Positions 20,286 to 29,930 of a stretch of 64,000 bases of DNA are shown here, piece after piece. How positions within the stretch are numbered: the stretch's first letter is position 1; each line of letters begins with the position of its first letter. The translations under genes were made by a program, and so were the position numbers. Below the pieces are notes generated by a model, which saw nothing but the letters and a program-made list of their open reading frames with translations, was not told the DNA's origin and did not search any database. This DNA comes from Myxococcales bacterium (lineage in GTDB: Bacteria; Myxococcota_A; Polyangia; Polyangiales; DASUME01), in NCBI GenBank assembly GCA_047601445.1, contig JASGJH010000001.1:8672001-8736000 (forward strand). The letters are read 5' to 3'.

Positions 20286-21818
20286 TCAGTAGAGCAGCGA
20301 CACGCTGACGGTGCCGCCGACGATGGTGCCCTTGGACGAGAAGCCCGGCCAACCAGGGTTGTTGGTCTGCAGGCCCTGCGCTTCCTGGATGATCTGTCCG
20401 GTGCTGATGTCCACCGTGTTGTCCGGCCACTCGTCCGCCACCAGTTGCGAGTACTTCTTGCCGGCGAAGCGGGGGCTCGTGGGGTCGAACTTGGATTGGT
20501 GCCGCTCCAGCAGGAAGTGAGCCTGGAAGGCGCCGCCCACGCGCACCACGACCTTGCGCGGCTCGAAGCGGAAGTCGTAGTTCGTGCCGACATTGAAGCC
20601 CACGCGGTCGTTGTCCACGTAGTTGGTGCGGCCCGTCTGCAAGGGCACGGGGCTCGGGCGGTAGTTGGTGTCGAAGAACGCGGTGAGCACTTCGTCGCGC
20701 GTGTAGCGCACGCCGAGGGCACCTGTGACGATGTCGCTGAACTCGTAGTTCTTCAGCGGCCGCTCGGTCTGCCGATTCAGATACTGCGACCAGCGCTCGA
20801 AGGTGAGGGTGCCGGTGGCTGCCAACAGGTTGCGCCCGTTCTGGAACAGATCGACAGCAGCACCTACGCCGAAGATCCAGGGCAACCAGGCGTGCGTCGC
20901 GGGGCGCTCCGCGCGCTGCAAGTCACCGTTGGGCAGGTAAGTGCTGAAGGCCGTATCGATCACCATCTTCTGCGGTGAGTGCAGGGTGAGGCTGATGTCG
21001 AGGGGCTCGATCGGCTCGAGCAGAACGGCCAGGTGAGGAGACACGCTGGCGGAGACGTCCACCTTCGTGGAGAGCTGCAGGGTCTCGTCGATCTTGGCGC
21101 TGTTGCCCACGTAGGCGGTCGCGTCGGCGGTGTTGCTCAAGCTCAGCGTGAAGCTCAGGCCGACGCTCATCCAATCGAGCACCTGACTGCCGGCGCCGAA
21201 GGCCAGCGACACGGGCGTGAGGCGGTCCCCGTAGAACTCCGGGTGCAAGCTGTTGGTGTAGAACTGCTCGCGCTCGTCGACGAAATAGGAGTGGGCCTGC
21301 GTGAAGGGACCGTAGGGCACCATCGCGTAGAGCCCGAGGCTCAGGTACTTGGGCCAGATGTGCGAGACGAGCCCGATGGTCTGGTAAAGCTTGATGTTGC
21401 CGCTCGAACCTTCGGACTGGCGCGGGTGGGGCGCCAGGTTGGTGGCGCAGCTGCCCGTCTCCGGACTGCAGCCGTGATTGAGCCAGTCGGTAGGCACGGA
21501 GGGATTGTCGGTGCCGAAGCGGTCGACGGCGGAGATGGGGACGTCGTTGGCGTGACTGCGACCATCGAGCGTGATGCTGATGGCGTCGTTGAGCAGGAAG
21601 AAGCCCACCTCGAGTCCGGCCTTGGCGCGCGGCAAGAAGGCCGGGTTGAAGTACGTCGACGCCGATGACGGGCCGTAGGAGCGTCCGTTGAAGCCGCCAG
21701 AGCCGAACGTGGACCCGACGAGCTCGAACAGCGGCGATGCCTCGACCCGTGATGGCGCCAGGCTCGTGGCGAGGGCAGCGACCAGCAGGACGATGCGAGG
21801 GAGGGTGCCGTGGGACAA
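20286..21818 (-). CDS. Outer-membrane beta-barrel, FadL/OmpP1-like hydrophobic compound channel
   Basis: Signal peptide, STYFNPA motif, SPVPLQTGRTNYVDNDR, terminal aromatic residue. Confidence 0.7.
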   Translation of the reverse strand: MSHGTLPRIVLLVAALATSLAPSRVEASPLFELVGSTFGSGGFNGRSYGPSSASTYFNPAFLPRAKAGLEVGFFLLNDAISITLDGRSHANDVPISAVDRFGTDNPSVPTDWLNHGCSPETGSCATNLAPHPRQSEGSSGNIKLYQTIGLVSHIWPKYLSLGLYAMVPYGPFTQAHSYFVDEREQFYTNSLHPEFYGDRLTPVSLAFGAGSQVLDWMSVGLSFTLSLSNTADATAYVGNSAKIDETLQLSTKVDVSASVSPHLAVLLEPIEPLDISLTLHSPQKMVIDTAFSTYLPNGDLQRAERPATHAWLPWIFGVGAAVDLFQNGRNLLAATGTLTFERWSQYLNRQTERPLKNYEFSDIVTGALGVRYTRDEVLTAFFDTNYRPSPVPLQTGRTNYVDNDRVGFNVGTNYDFRFEPRKVVVRVGGAFQAHFLLERHQSKFDPTSPRFAGKKYSQLVADEWPDNTVDISTGQIIQEAQGLQTNNPGWPGFSSKGTIVGGTVSVSLLY

Positions 21819-21859
21819 GTGGCCTCAGAGAAGCGCGCTGGGGGGCGCGGCGAAGAGAG

Positions 21860-22876
21860 TCAGAGTTTGTCGGGCGCGGGCAGCGCTTTTTGGATGGCCA
21901 TGCAGGTGTCGAAGTCTTTGGCCTTGATGATGGCCTTGGCGCGCGAGTCCGTTGTGGTGCGACCCAGGAACTGCAAGGTCAAGGTGTGCTTGGCGGCGGC
22001 ATCGGCGGTGCTGAGTTGCGTGATCAGTCCCACGGTGGGCGTGATCACGTTTTCTTCGTTGTTGAAGCGCGCGCGCACGACGAGATCGCTCTTCCAATCG
22101 GCGCTCGGCGTGATGGCGTGCGTGTCGTCGCTGAACCACTCCGTCCAGTCGCGTTGCACGGTGTTGCGTGTGCCGCTCACGATGCCGGTGACCTGCCAGG
22201 CGGTGCCAAGGTCGCCGTCGTTGTCCCAATCCTCGGCGCCGTCGGTGTGGTCCTTGTCGGGCAGCGGATTGCTGGCAGCGATCGCGGCGATGTCCATGCT
22301 CGCCGCAGCGCCCGTGGGGCGATACTTGCTCTCGTTCGCGCCGCGCACGCTCCAGAAGCGCTCCATGGTGAACACGCAGGCGCCGTTCTGCTTCTTCATC
22401 GTGCCTTTGCGTCCGGTCTGGACGTTGTGCTTCATGAGCGCTTCGACGGTGGCGGGAGTCAGCTTGACGTTGACGGTGCCCTTGACCTCGACGCCGCAGT
22501 CGTAGTGCTTCTTGACCACCACGTTCTCACCGTCCTGGGCGAGCTCGAGGTAGTACCAGTTGCTGGCGAACTGACCGGCGCTGAGCGCCTCGCTGCGCGT
22601 GACCTGTCGGCCTGCCCATACGCCATTGAGATCGCAGTCGGTGTCCTTGGCCATCGTGCTCGGGGCGTCACCGTCCCCCACCACGGCGGCACCACCGTCT
22701 CCGTCACCGTCTCCATCACCGTCACCGTCACCATCACCGTCGCCATCACCGTCGCCATCGCCGTCCCCGCCCGCGTCGGTCTCCTCGTCGGGATCGAGCA
22801 CCTTGTCGTCGGAGCCGCAGGCTTCAAGGGCAGTGAGCGCCAAGAGACCGCTCAAAAGGGGATAAACGATGCGCAT
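21860..22876 (-). CDS. Lipoprotein with (Gly-Asp)12 linker
   Basis: Lipobox LEAC, GD tract, Cys/Trp-containing domain; ORF extends to 22888. Confidence 0.75.
   Translation of the reverse strand: MRIVYPLLSGLLALTALEACGSDDKVLDPDEETDAGGDGDGDGDGDGDGDGDGDGDGDGDGGAAVVGDGDAPSTMAKDTDCDLNGVWAGRQVTRSEALSAGQFASNWYYLELAQDGENVVVKKHYDCGVEVKGTVNVKLTPATVEALMKHNVQTGRKGTMKKQNGACVFTMERFWSVRGANESKYRPTGAAASMDIAAIAASNPLPDKDHTDGAEDWDNDGDLGTAWQVTGIVSGTRNTVQRDWTEWFSDDTHAITPSADWKSDLVVRARFNNEENVITPTVGLITQLSTADAAAKHTLTLQFLGRTTTDSRAKAIIKAKDFDTCMAIQKALPAPDKL
22697..22768 (-). repeat. Hexanucleotide repeat encoding (GD)12
   Basis: Read directly. Confidence 0.95.
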
Positions 22877-23085
22877 GGACAACAACACCTTTCGACGCTT
22901 GCGCGCAGAAGCTAGGGGGCAAGAACCTGGTTCGTCCAGTGTTCAAACGTCCGGTGAGCCCCGCGATATGTCACAGTGATGAGAACTTCATCATCACGAT
23001 GTTGGTGATGTGCAGTTCACTAGTGAGCGGCCAGTACACTTTGGGCTCGTAGTAGGAAACGTTTTGCCCTAAATCCTGGTCCATC

Positions 23086-23784
23086 GTGCAGCCGCCGCGC
23101 CTTCGTACACAGCGTGCCACGCTCGCTGCCTGCCTGCTCGCCCTGGCGGGATGCCGTATCGGTGGGGCGAACGCGATTGCGCCCGAGGAGAGCGAAGCGG
23201 ACGACGACGACGCGATCTCCATGTCGGAGTCCCCCGCGCTCGGTGCCTCGCGGGATGCATCGGACGATCAAGCGATGAGCGACGACGCCTCCACACCGCC
23301 CGACGACGAGGACGGTGGCGTGGATGCGGGCTCCGACGCTTGTGCGAGCGACAGCGGGTTTTGTGGCGAGCTGCCAGCGGGCTGTGTCAGCGCTCGCTTC
23401 GAGCAGCATGCCTACGTGTTTTGCCCCTCGGTGGAGACCTGGGGCGCGGCTCGCGCGAGCTGTCTGGATCTCGGCCTCGACCTCGCGATCATCGAGAGCG
23501 CTGCCGAGAACGAGTTCGTGGCCCAGCACATCCAGGCCACCAGCTGGATCGGTGCCCACGATCAAACTACCGAGGGCAGTTTCGAATGGGTCACTGCGGG
23601 TGCTGGCCAGGACGGTGCGGCCGTGACCTTTACGAGCTGGGCCCCTGCGGTACCCGATAACTGCGGCGGACTGTTCGGCCAGCAGGACTGTGTGCGCATT
23701 TCGAGCGACGGTCGCTGGGACGACTCGGACTGCAACGGGGGCTGCCTCGAGGGCACCTTCGCTTTCGCCTGCGAATCCTTCTAA
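23086..23784 (+). CDS. C-type lectin-like domain lipoprotein
   Basis: Lipobox LAGC; W.AA..C, LAIIES..ENEF, WIG, EGSFEW, DCV, WDD..C, FACE. Confidence 0.85.
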   Translation: MQPPRLRTQRATLAACLLALAGCRIGGANAIAPEESEADDDDAISMSESPALGASRDASDDQAMSDDASTPPDDEDGGVDAGSDACASDSGFCGELPAGCVSARFEQHAYVFCPSVETWGAARASCLDLGLDLAIIESAAENEFVAQHIQATSWIGAHDQTTEGSFEWVTAGAGQDGAAVTFTSWAPAVPDNCGGLFGQQDCVRISSDGRWDDSDCNGGCLEGTFAFACESF

Positions 23785-23820
23785 GGGGGTTCTGCGCGGG
23801 GAGGTCACGCGACCCAGGCG

Positions 23821-23849
23821 TTGACGCGCGGGCGCGCGCGCGGTAGTTT
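23821..23849 (+). promoter_or_regulatory. Sigma70-type promoter of the IclR-ilvE operon
   Basis: TTGACG-N17-TAGTTT. Confidence 0.65.
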
Positions 23850-23861
23850 TTTGAAACGCCA

Positions 23862-23876
23862 TTCCGAATAATGGAA
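23862..23876. promoter_or_regulatory. Candidate IclR-family operator overlapping the regulator's start codon
   Basis: TTCC-gaataat-GGAA AT-rich palindrome. Confidence 0.5.
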
Positions 23877-24650
23877 CGATCAGGAACCGTCGACAAAGCC
23901 GTGCGTGTGCTCGAGGCGCTGTATCGCGCCGCGGGTCCGATCGCGCTCGCCGAGCTCTCGGGAAGGGTCCGGATGCCCAAGCCCACACTGCACCGGCTGC
24001 TGGCCTCGCTGCTGGCCCACGACCTGGTGGAGCAGGATTCGGAGGGCCGCTACGCCCTGGGCGTCGGCTTGGTACGGCTCGGTCTGGGAGCCCTGTCGGT
24101 GGACCCCTTCGTACGCGTGGCACGGCCGGAGCTCGAGCGCGCGGCGCGCAGCTTCGGGGAGACCTTCTTCCTGGTCGGCGCTCGCGCAGGCAAGCTGGTG
24201 GTGCTCGATAAGGTCGAGGGCACCGGGTTGTTGCGGGCCGCGCCGAGCGTGGGCACCGAAGTACCGGTGGAGGTGACCGCCAGCGGCCGACTCTATCTGG
24301 GCCTGCAACCCGAGTCGCTGCGTGAGGGCGCTCAGCGTGCGCCGAAGGCCTCGAAGCGTGCGCTGGACGCGACCCTGAAGGCGGCTGTGGCACGCGGCTA
24401 CGACCTCAATCGGGGCGAGTGGATCGCTGGCCTGTCGGTGGTCGCGGCGCCGGTGTTGGCGGGCGGTCGTCTGCACGGGACCATCGCCTGCGCCGCCGTG
24501 GATGCCCAGCTCGACGACGCGCGCCTGAGCGAGGCCGTGCGGCGCACGTGCGCGGTGGCAGAGCGTGTCTCTCGCGCGCTCGACGGCCGTAAGGCCGACT
24601 CTTTCGAAGCGCGTCAGGTGGCGCGCGAGCTCAACGAGGAAGCGTCATGA
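23871..24650 (+). CDS. IclR-family transcriptional regulator
   Basis: TVDKAVRVLEAL, PKPTLHRLL, YALG, TASGR, VAAPV. Confidence 0.92.
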   Translation: MERSGTVDKAVRVLEALYRAAGPIALAELSGRVRMPKPTLHRLLASLLAHDLVEQDSEGRYALGVGLVRLGLGALSVDPFVRVARPELERAARSFGETFFLVGARAGKLVVLDKVEGTGLLRAAPSVGTEVPVEVTASGRLYLGLQPESLREGAQRAPKASKRALDATLKAAVARGYDLNRGEWIAGLSVVAAPVLAGGRLHGTIACAAVDAQLDDARLSEAVRRTCAVAERVSRALDGRKADSFEARQVARELNEEAS

Positions 24651-25516
24651 AGGTTTGGATCGACGGCAAGATTGTCAGTGAGGGCGAGGCCCGGGTGCCC
24701 GTGACCGATCACGGCCTCTTGTACGGTGACGGCGTGTTCGAGGGCATGCGCGTGATTGCGGGCAGCGTCTTCCGGATCGAGAAGCACCTGAAGCGGCTCT
24801 CGGTGGGCGCGCGCGTGTTGGCTCTGGAGCTTCCTTACGGACTCGACGAAGTGCGGGGCATCGTCGAGAGCACGGTGCGGGCCTTCGGGGAGCGCGAGGC
24901 CTATGTGCGCTTGCTGGTTACGCGCGGCGTGGGGCCGCTCGGCGTCGATCCCACCACTTGTCCGCGCGCGAACCTCGTGTGCATCGTCAACACCATCAAG
25001 CTGTTCACCGAAGAGCAGCGCGAGAAGGGGCTCAACATGATCACCTCGAGCTACCGGCGCCCCACCGCCGACGTGCTCGACGTGCGCGTCAAGAGCCTCA
25101 ACTACCTCGGCTCCGTGCTGTCCAAGCTCGAGGCCCGTCAGCAGGGCGCGGACGAGGCGCTCTTGCTCAACCCGCGCGGCCACATCGCAGAGGCCGCGGT
25201 GGCCAACCTGTTCGCAGTGCGCGGTCGCACGCTGCTCACGCCGCCGCCGACCGACGGCTGTCTCGAGGGCATCAATCGCGAAGCCGTGATGGAGCTCGCG
25301 GCGGCGGACGGCTTCACGGTGCTGGAGCGCTCCATCGGGCGCGCCGACCTTTTCGCGGCCGATGAGGTGTTCCTCACGGGGTCGGGGGCCGGCGTGGTCG
25401 CCGTGCGCAGCCTCGACGGCAGAATCATCGGCGCCGGCAAGCGTGGACCGGTGACGGCTCAGCTGGCGTCGGCCCATCGGGCGCTCGCCGAGCGCGAGGG
25501 TACGCCGCTGTTTTGA
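24647..25516 (+). CDS. ilvE: Branched-chain amino acid aminotransferase (PLP fold IV)
   Basis: DHGLLYGDGVFEG, VKSLNYL, LEGINR, ADEVFLTG; ATGA overlap with the IclR gene. Confidence 0.88.
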   Translation: MKVWIDGKIVSEGEARVPVTDHGLLYGDGVFEGMRVIAGSVFRIEKHLKRLSVGARVLALELPYGLDEVRGIVESTVRAFGEREAYVRLLVTRGVGPLGVDPTTCPRANLVCIVNTIKLFTEEQREKGLNMITSSYRRPTADVLDVRVKSLNYLGSVLSKLEARQQGADEALLLNPRGHIAEAAVANLFAVRGRTLLTPPPTDGCLEGINREAVMELAAADGFTVLERSIGRADLFAADEVFLTGSGAGVVAVRSLDGRIIGAGKRGPVTAQLASAHRALAEREGTPLF

Positions 25517-25529
25517 GCGCGGATCCCGC

Positions 25530-25721
25530 TCAGTGCAGGCGGGGAGGGGGCTCCTCGCCGTCTTCGGTGCCAGCCGGCTCCGCTTCGAGGCTGTAGCGTC
25601 CCTCGAGCCAATTGGAGAGGTCGGCGAGCTTGCAGCGGCCAGAGCAGAACGGGAAAGAGGCGTTCTCCGGGTGATGTTTGCGTGGGCCCTTGCAGGTTGG
25701 GCACCGATCGACGGCGGACAT
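25530..25721 (-). CDS. yacG: DNA gyrase inhibitor YacG
   Basis: CPTC...PFCSGRCKLADLSNWLEGRY. Confidence 0.9.
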   Translation of the reverse strand: MSAVDRCPTCKGPRKHHPENASFPFCSGRCKLADLSNWLEGRYSLEAEPAGTEDGEEPPPRLH

Positions 25722-25748
25722 GCGGCTAGGATAGCGCCGAGGAGCGCC

Positions 25749-27107
25749 TTGGAGGACTCGAAGCACGCAAAAGGAGCATGGCCTGGACGTGCGCAGGCGC
25801 GCCGCGCGTGGCTGCCCGTGGCCTGCTGGCTCGGCTGTTTGCTCGAGACTGCGTGTTCACATCGCTCGGGGACGACGCCGCGACCGCAGGTGGCCAGCGA
25901 AGTGCCCGTGCCCGAGAGCATCGTGGCCTGTGGCACCAAGGTCCCGCTCAAGCTCGGGACGCCGCTGTTGTCGAGCACCTTGGTCGGAGATGACCTGGTG
26001 CGCGGCAGCTGCGTCCGCGGCACCGCGCCCGAGTGTGTGTTCATCCTCGACGTACCGACGCGCTCGGACGTGCGTGTGTCCCTCGAGAGCGCCGACTTCG
26101 ACGGCGCCCTGGTGCTGGCCGACCCGGAGCGCACCACCGAATTCCTGTGCGTGGACGACAGCCCTACCGGGGACACGCATCACACGCGCTTCGAGACCAC
26201 GTTGGGAGCCGGTCAGTACGCGGTGATGGTCGAGGGGGCCAACGGCGAAGCGGGGCAATTCGCGCTGTTCGCCGAGGTGGACCCGCTGCCTGCTCCTGCC
26301 CAAGCCTGTGCCCAAGCCGGCCTGCTCACGCCCGCGGCCAGCGTGCGCGGCTCCACGCGGGGCGCGCCCAATCAGTTCGGCGCCAGCTGCGGCGGCGGGG
26401 CAGAGGGGCCCGACCGTGTGCACAGCTTCGAGCTCGCCGAGCCCGCGCGCGTGCGCATCTGGCAGCAGAGCGAGTACGAGAGCACCCTCTACCTGCGCTC
26501 GCGTTGTGAAGACCCGAGCACCGAGATCGTCTGTCGAACCTACCCGGGCGGTGCCGGCCCCTCGATCCTCACCGCCGAGCTCGCCGCGGGCCGCTACTAC
26601 CTGTTCACCGATTCATTCGGACGTTCCCAGAGCGGCGACTACGTGCTCTCGATGGAGCAGGCTGCCTTGCCGAAGGAACCCTCGGTCCTCGCGTCGTGCG
26701 CGGCGGCCCAGGGGCTCGTGCTCACACCAGGCGAGATCGAAATCGACACGCTGCACGCGCCCTCGGTGCTGGAGGGGAGCTGCGGTGGCAGCAAGGCGCC
26801 CGAGCGATTGTTCCATTTGAGCCTCAAGGAAGAGACCACGATCCAGGTGGAGCTGCTCGACGCCGAGTTCGACGCGGTGATCTACCTGCGCGTGGAGTGT
26901 GGCGACGAGCGCTCGGAGATCAGCTGCGTGCGGGCGCCTCGCGCCGATCTGTCAGCGGAGGCCGAGGTCACCCCACAGCCGTTCACGGCCACCATCGGAC
27001 CCGGCGAGTACACGCTCGGTGTCGATGGCCAGTTCGAAAATCAAATGGGCGCCGTCCGCGTACGCCTCAGCTCGCTCCCGATGAGCCTCGCGCGCACCCA
27101 GCGCTGA
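25749..27107 (+). CDS. Exported protein/lipoprotein with three PPC-like beta-sandwich repeats
   Basis: Three repeats of (G/A)SC...P(E/D)...FD/YE..LYL...E..C...G.Y.L.VD; start uncertain (TTG after GAGGAG). Confidence 0.65.
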   Translation: MEDSKHAKGAWPGRAQARRAWLPVACWLGCLLETACSHRSGTTPRPQVASEVPVPESIVACGTKVPLKLGTPLLSSTLVGDDLVRGSCVRGTAPECVFILDVPTRSDVRVSLESADFDGALVLADPERTTEFLCVDDSPTGDTHHTRFETTLGAGQYAVMVEGANGEAGQFALFAEVDPLPAPAQACAQAGLLTPAASVRGSTRGAPNQFGASCGGGAEGPDRVHSFELAEPARVRIWQQSEYESTLYLRSRCEDPSTEIVCRTYPGGAGPSILTAELAAGRYYLFTDSFGRSQSGDYVLSMEQAALPKEPSVLASCAAAQGLVLTPGEIEIDTLHAPSVLEGSCGGSKAPERLFHLSLKEETTIQVELLDAEFDAVIYLRVECGDERSEISCVRAPRADLSAEAEVTPQPFTATIGPGEYTLGVDGQFENQMGAVRVRLSSLPMSLARTQR

Positions 27108-27113
27108 GCGCGC

Positions 27114-28097
27114 TCAAAGCGCCTCGATGGCCGCGCGCGCTTCCTTGCGAATCCGCTCGATCTCGTCGGGCCCCATGTCGTCATCTTCGTCGCGCGCGGC
27201 CTCCTCGGCGGCGTGCAGCAAGCGCTGGGCGGCGGACAGGGCCCGACCGGTCCGGGGGCCGGCCTGGTGCTCGCGCGCGGGCTTGGGGTCGCCGAAGAGG
27301 TTCGCGCTCTCCAGCTGCGCCAGGTCCTTCAGGGCACTCTCCACCAGCTGCTCGCTGTCGTGGTCGATGTGGGACTTCTTCGGCGGCCAGGGACCGTAGT
27401 CGGGCGCCTCGCCGGGGCCGCTGCGATCGACCCAGTAGCCCTTGTCGTCGCGCACGTCCATGTGCACGAAGAAGCTATTCGGGTAGTAGCCGACCCCGGT
27501 TTCGGGGAACGTGCGCAAGAAGTCTCGCAACACCTCGCGCGAGACGCCCCCCACGCGCATGTCCAGGGCGCGCCCGTGGTGGTGTCGGCTGGTGTCGCGC
27601 GCGTCGGGGCGGTGGCCCGAGATGATCTCGATGGCCTTGCCTGGAAATCGGCTCGCCACCCGCTGCAGGCGCGAAATCAAGCCCGGGTGTAGCCGCATCA
27701 CTTGCTTGCTCACGTAGGCCGCGTCGCGTCGCTTGGACTTGGGCCCCTTGTCCACGGGCAGGCGCTGGTAGGCGCGAATCTCCGCCAGCTCGGGGCGCTC
27801 CACGTCGCGCGGACGCGCCAGGACGCTCACGGAATCCAGTGCCGCCGGGTTCGGTGCGCCATCGCAGAAGGTCAGCGTCAGCGCCCGGTCCTCGAGCTCG
27901 GTTCCGCGCCGGCGTTGCACGTGCACCTCGGGCGCGTAGCAGGGGGCCTTCTCCTTCTCCTTGGCCGTGCGCCCTTTCTTGCCCTGCTTGCTGGAGGTTC
28001 CGGTCGAGCCGGTGGTGCCCGTCGTGCTCGGCTTGGCGAGCGCGCTGGCGGGGCCCACGAGGAGCAAGCAAAGCGCGAGGATGCCTGATGTGCGCAT
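27114..28097 (-). CDS. YcbK/DUF882-like M15 Zn metallopeptidase (peptidoglycan hydrolase)
   Basis: Signal peptide, IISGHR, SRHHHGRALD, GVGYYP..FVHMDVR. Confidence 0.8.
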   Translation of the reverse strand: MRTSGILALCLLLVGPASALAKPSTTGTTGSTGTSSKQGKKGRTAKEKEKAPCYAPEVHVQRRRGTELEDRALTLTFCDGAPNPAALDSVSVLARPRDVERPELAEIRAYQRLPVDKGPKSKRRDAAYVSKQVMRLHPGLISRLQRVASRFPGKAIEIISGHRPDARDTSRHHHGRALDMRVGGVSREVLRDFLRTFPETGVGYYPNSFFVHMDVRDDKGYWVDRSGPGEAPDYGPWPPKKSHIDHDSEQLVESALKDLAQLESANLFGDPKPAREHQAGPRTGRALSAAQRLLHAAEEAARDEDDDMGPDEIERIRKEARAAIEAL

Positions 28098-28165
28098 AGG
28101 CCTACATGCCTACGAAACTTGTCCCCGGGACGGCAAGAAAGCGGCAGGCCTCCCGCCGGTCGCCC

Positions 28166-29647
28166 TCACTTCGCGGCCTCCAGGGCCTCGACCAAGGTGC
28201 GCAGCACCTTCACGCGGGCGAAGTACTTGTCGTTGGCCTCGATCAGGGTCCAGGGGGCGAGCTCGGTACTGGTGCGCTCGACCATGTCACTGGCCGCGTC
28301 GCGGTAGGCGTCCCACTTGGCACGATTGCGGTAGTCGTCGGGGGTGATCTTGTAGCGCTTGAAGTCCTCTTGCTCGCGGGCCTGGAAGCGCGCGAGCTGC
28401 TCGTCCTTGCTGATGGAGAGCCAGAACTTCACCACCACCGTGCCGTGCTCCACGAGCTCGGTCTCGAAGTCGTTGATCTCCGCATACGCACGCAGCCAGT
28501 CCGGCTCCGCGGCCAGTGCCTCCACGCGCTCCACCAGCACGCGGCCGTACCATGAGCGGTCGAACAAGGTGATCTGCCCGTAGCCTGGGATCTGTCGCAC
28601 GAAGCGCCACAAATAGGGCTGAGCGCGCTCTTCTTCGGTCGGAGCCGCGGTCTGCATCACCTTGTATTGGCGCGCGTCGAGCGCCTGCGTGACGCGGCGA
28701 ATGCTGCCCCCCTTGCCGGCGGCGTCGTTGCCCTCGAAGACCGCCACCAGGGCCCGCTTTTTGAAAAACTTGGGCGCGCGCACCAGCTTGTTGAGGCGCG
28801 CCTGCAGCTGGGCCAATTCGACCTCGTATTCCGGCTTCGGCAGGTGCTGGCTGAGGTCGAGCTTGTCGATGATGCGCAGGTGGTCGATCGGCTCGAACAG
28901 CGGCGGCGACTCGTGGTGCGGCTCAGGCGGCGGCTTGGGCGCGAGACCCTTTTCGAAGGCGGCGAGCAACGCCTTGCCCGTGGCCAGGTTGCGGTAGCGT
29001 TCGTCCTCGCCCTCCACGATGATCCAGGGCGCCTCCGCGGTACTGGTCTGACGCAGCATCTGCTCGGCGCAGCGGCGCAACCCGTCGTAGCGGGCGAAGT
29101 GGTCCCAATCTTCGTTGGTGACTCGCCAGCGCGTATTCGGATCCCGCTCGAGCTTCTGAAGGCGCTTCTTTTGTGCCTTCTTCGACAGGTGGAACCAGAA
29201 CTTGAGCAGCACGGCGCCTTCGCGCACCAACATGCGCTCGAAGCGTGTGATGGCCTCGAGCGCGTTATCGAAGGGCTCGGGACCGCTCAGGTCGTACACG
29301 CGATTGAACAGCGGGGTGCTGTACCAGCTGTTGAAGATCAGCGCGGCGGACCCCTTGGGCGGCAGCACGCGCCAGTAGCGCCACAGAAAGGGTCGGGCGC
29401 GCTCCTCGTCGGTGGGCTTGCCGAAGGCATGGGTGGCCATCAGGCGCGTGTCGAGCCACTGGTGCAGCACGTTGACGGTCTCGCCCTTGCCGGCGCCGTC
29501 GAGGCCCGAGACCAACACGATGAGGGGAACCTCGGCGCGCTCCTTCAGCTCGGCTTGGCGATCCAGGAGCGCTGCTCTCAGCTCGGGCAGCGCGTCCTTG
29601 TACGTGACCTTGTCGATGGCGTGACCGATTTCTGCGGACTCCAGCAC
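28166..29647 (-). CDS. pap: Polyphosphate:AMP phosphotransferase (two-domain PPK2)
   Basis: ESAEIGH, GLDGAGKG, EGNDAAGKGG, FDRSWYGRVLVERVE; start GTG 29647 or 29677. Confidence 0.92.
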   Translation of the reverse strand: MLESAEIGHAIDKVTYKDALPELRAALLDRQAELKERAEVPLIVLVSGLDGAGKGETVNVLHQWLDTRLMATHAFGKPTDEERARPFLWRYWRVLPPKGSAALIFNSWYSTPLFNRVYDLSGPEPFDNALEAITRFERMLVREGAVLLKFWFHLSKKAQKKRLQKLERDPNTRWRVTNEDWDHFARYDGLRRCAEQMLRQTSTAEAPWIIVEGEDERYRNLATGKALLAAFEKGLAPKPPPEPHHESPPLFEPIDHLRIIDKLDLSQHLPKPEYEVELAQLQARLNKLVRAPKFFKKRALVAVFEGNDAAGKGGSIRRVTQALDARQYKVMQTAAPTEEERAQPYLWRFVRQIPGYGQITLFDRSWYGRVLVERVEALAAEPDWLRAYAEINDFETELVEHGTVVVKFWLSISKDEQLARFQAREQEDFKRYKITPDDYRNRAKWDAYRDAASDMVERTSTELAPWTLIEANDKYFARVKVLRTLVEALEAAK

Positions 29648-29930
29648 TTCTCGTAAGTCGCCCCGGCGACGAGTCACGAAAGGCTCGCCAGCTCTGGACT
29701 GAACGTGGACACAGTGGGTGAGCGCGGGCCACCCGAGACGTGGAAAACCAGGATGCGTTGCCGGACTGCCCGGTCATGCTACTCATTCGCGCCCCGCTGG
29801 GGGCCGGTCGCTCAGGAGAGCGGCCGAAATCACAACCGTTGCTCGGCTCAAGCGCGCATGCCTGGTTCCCTCTTCACCGAGGGTGGCGGCGCGGAGCAGC
29901 GGGGGTTCAAACCACAAGGAGAGCGAAATC

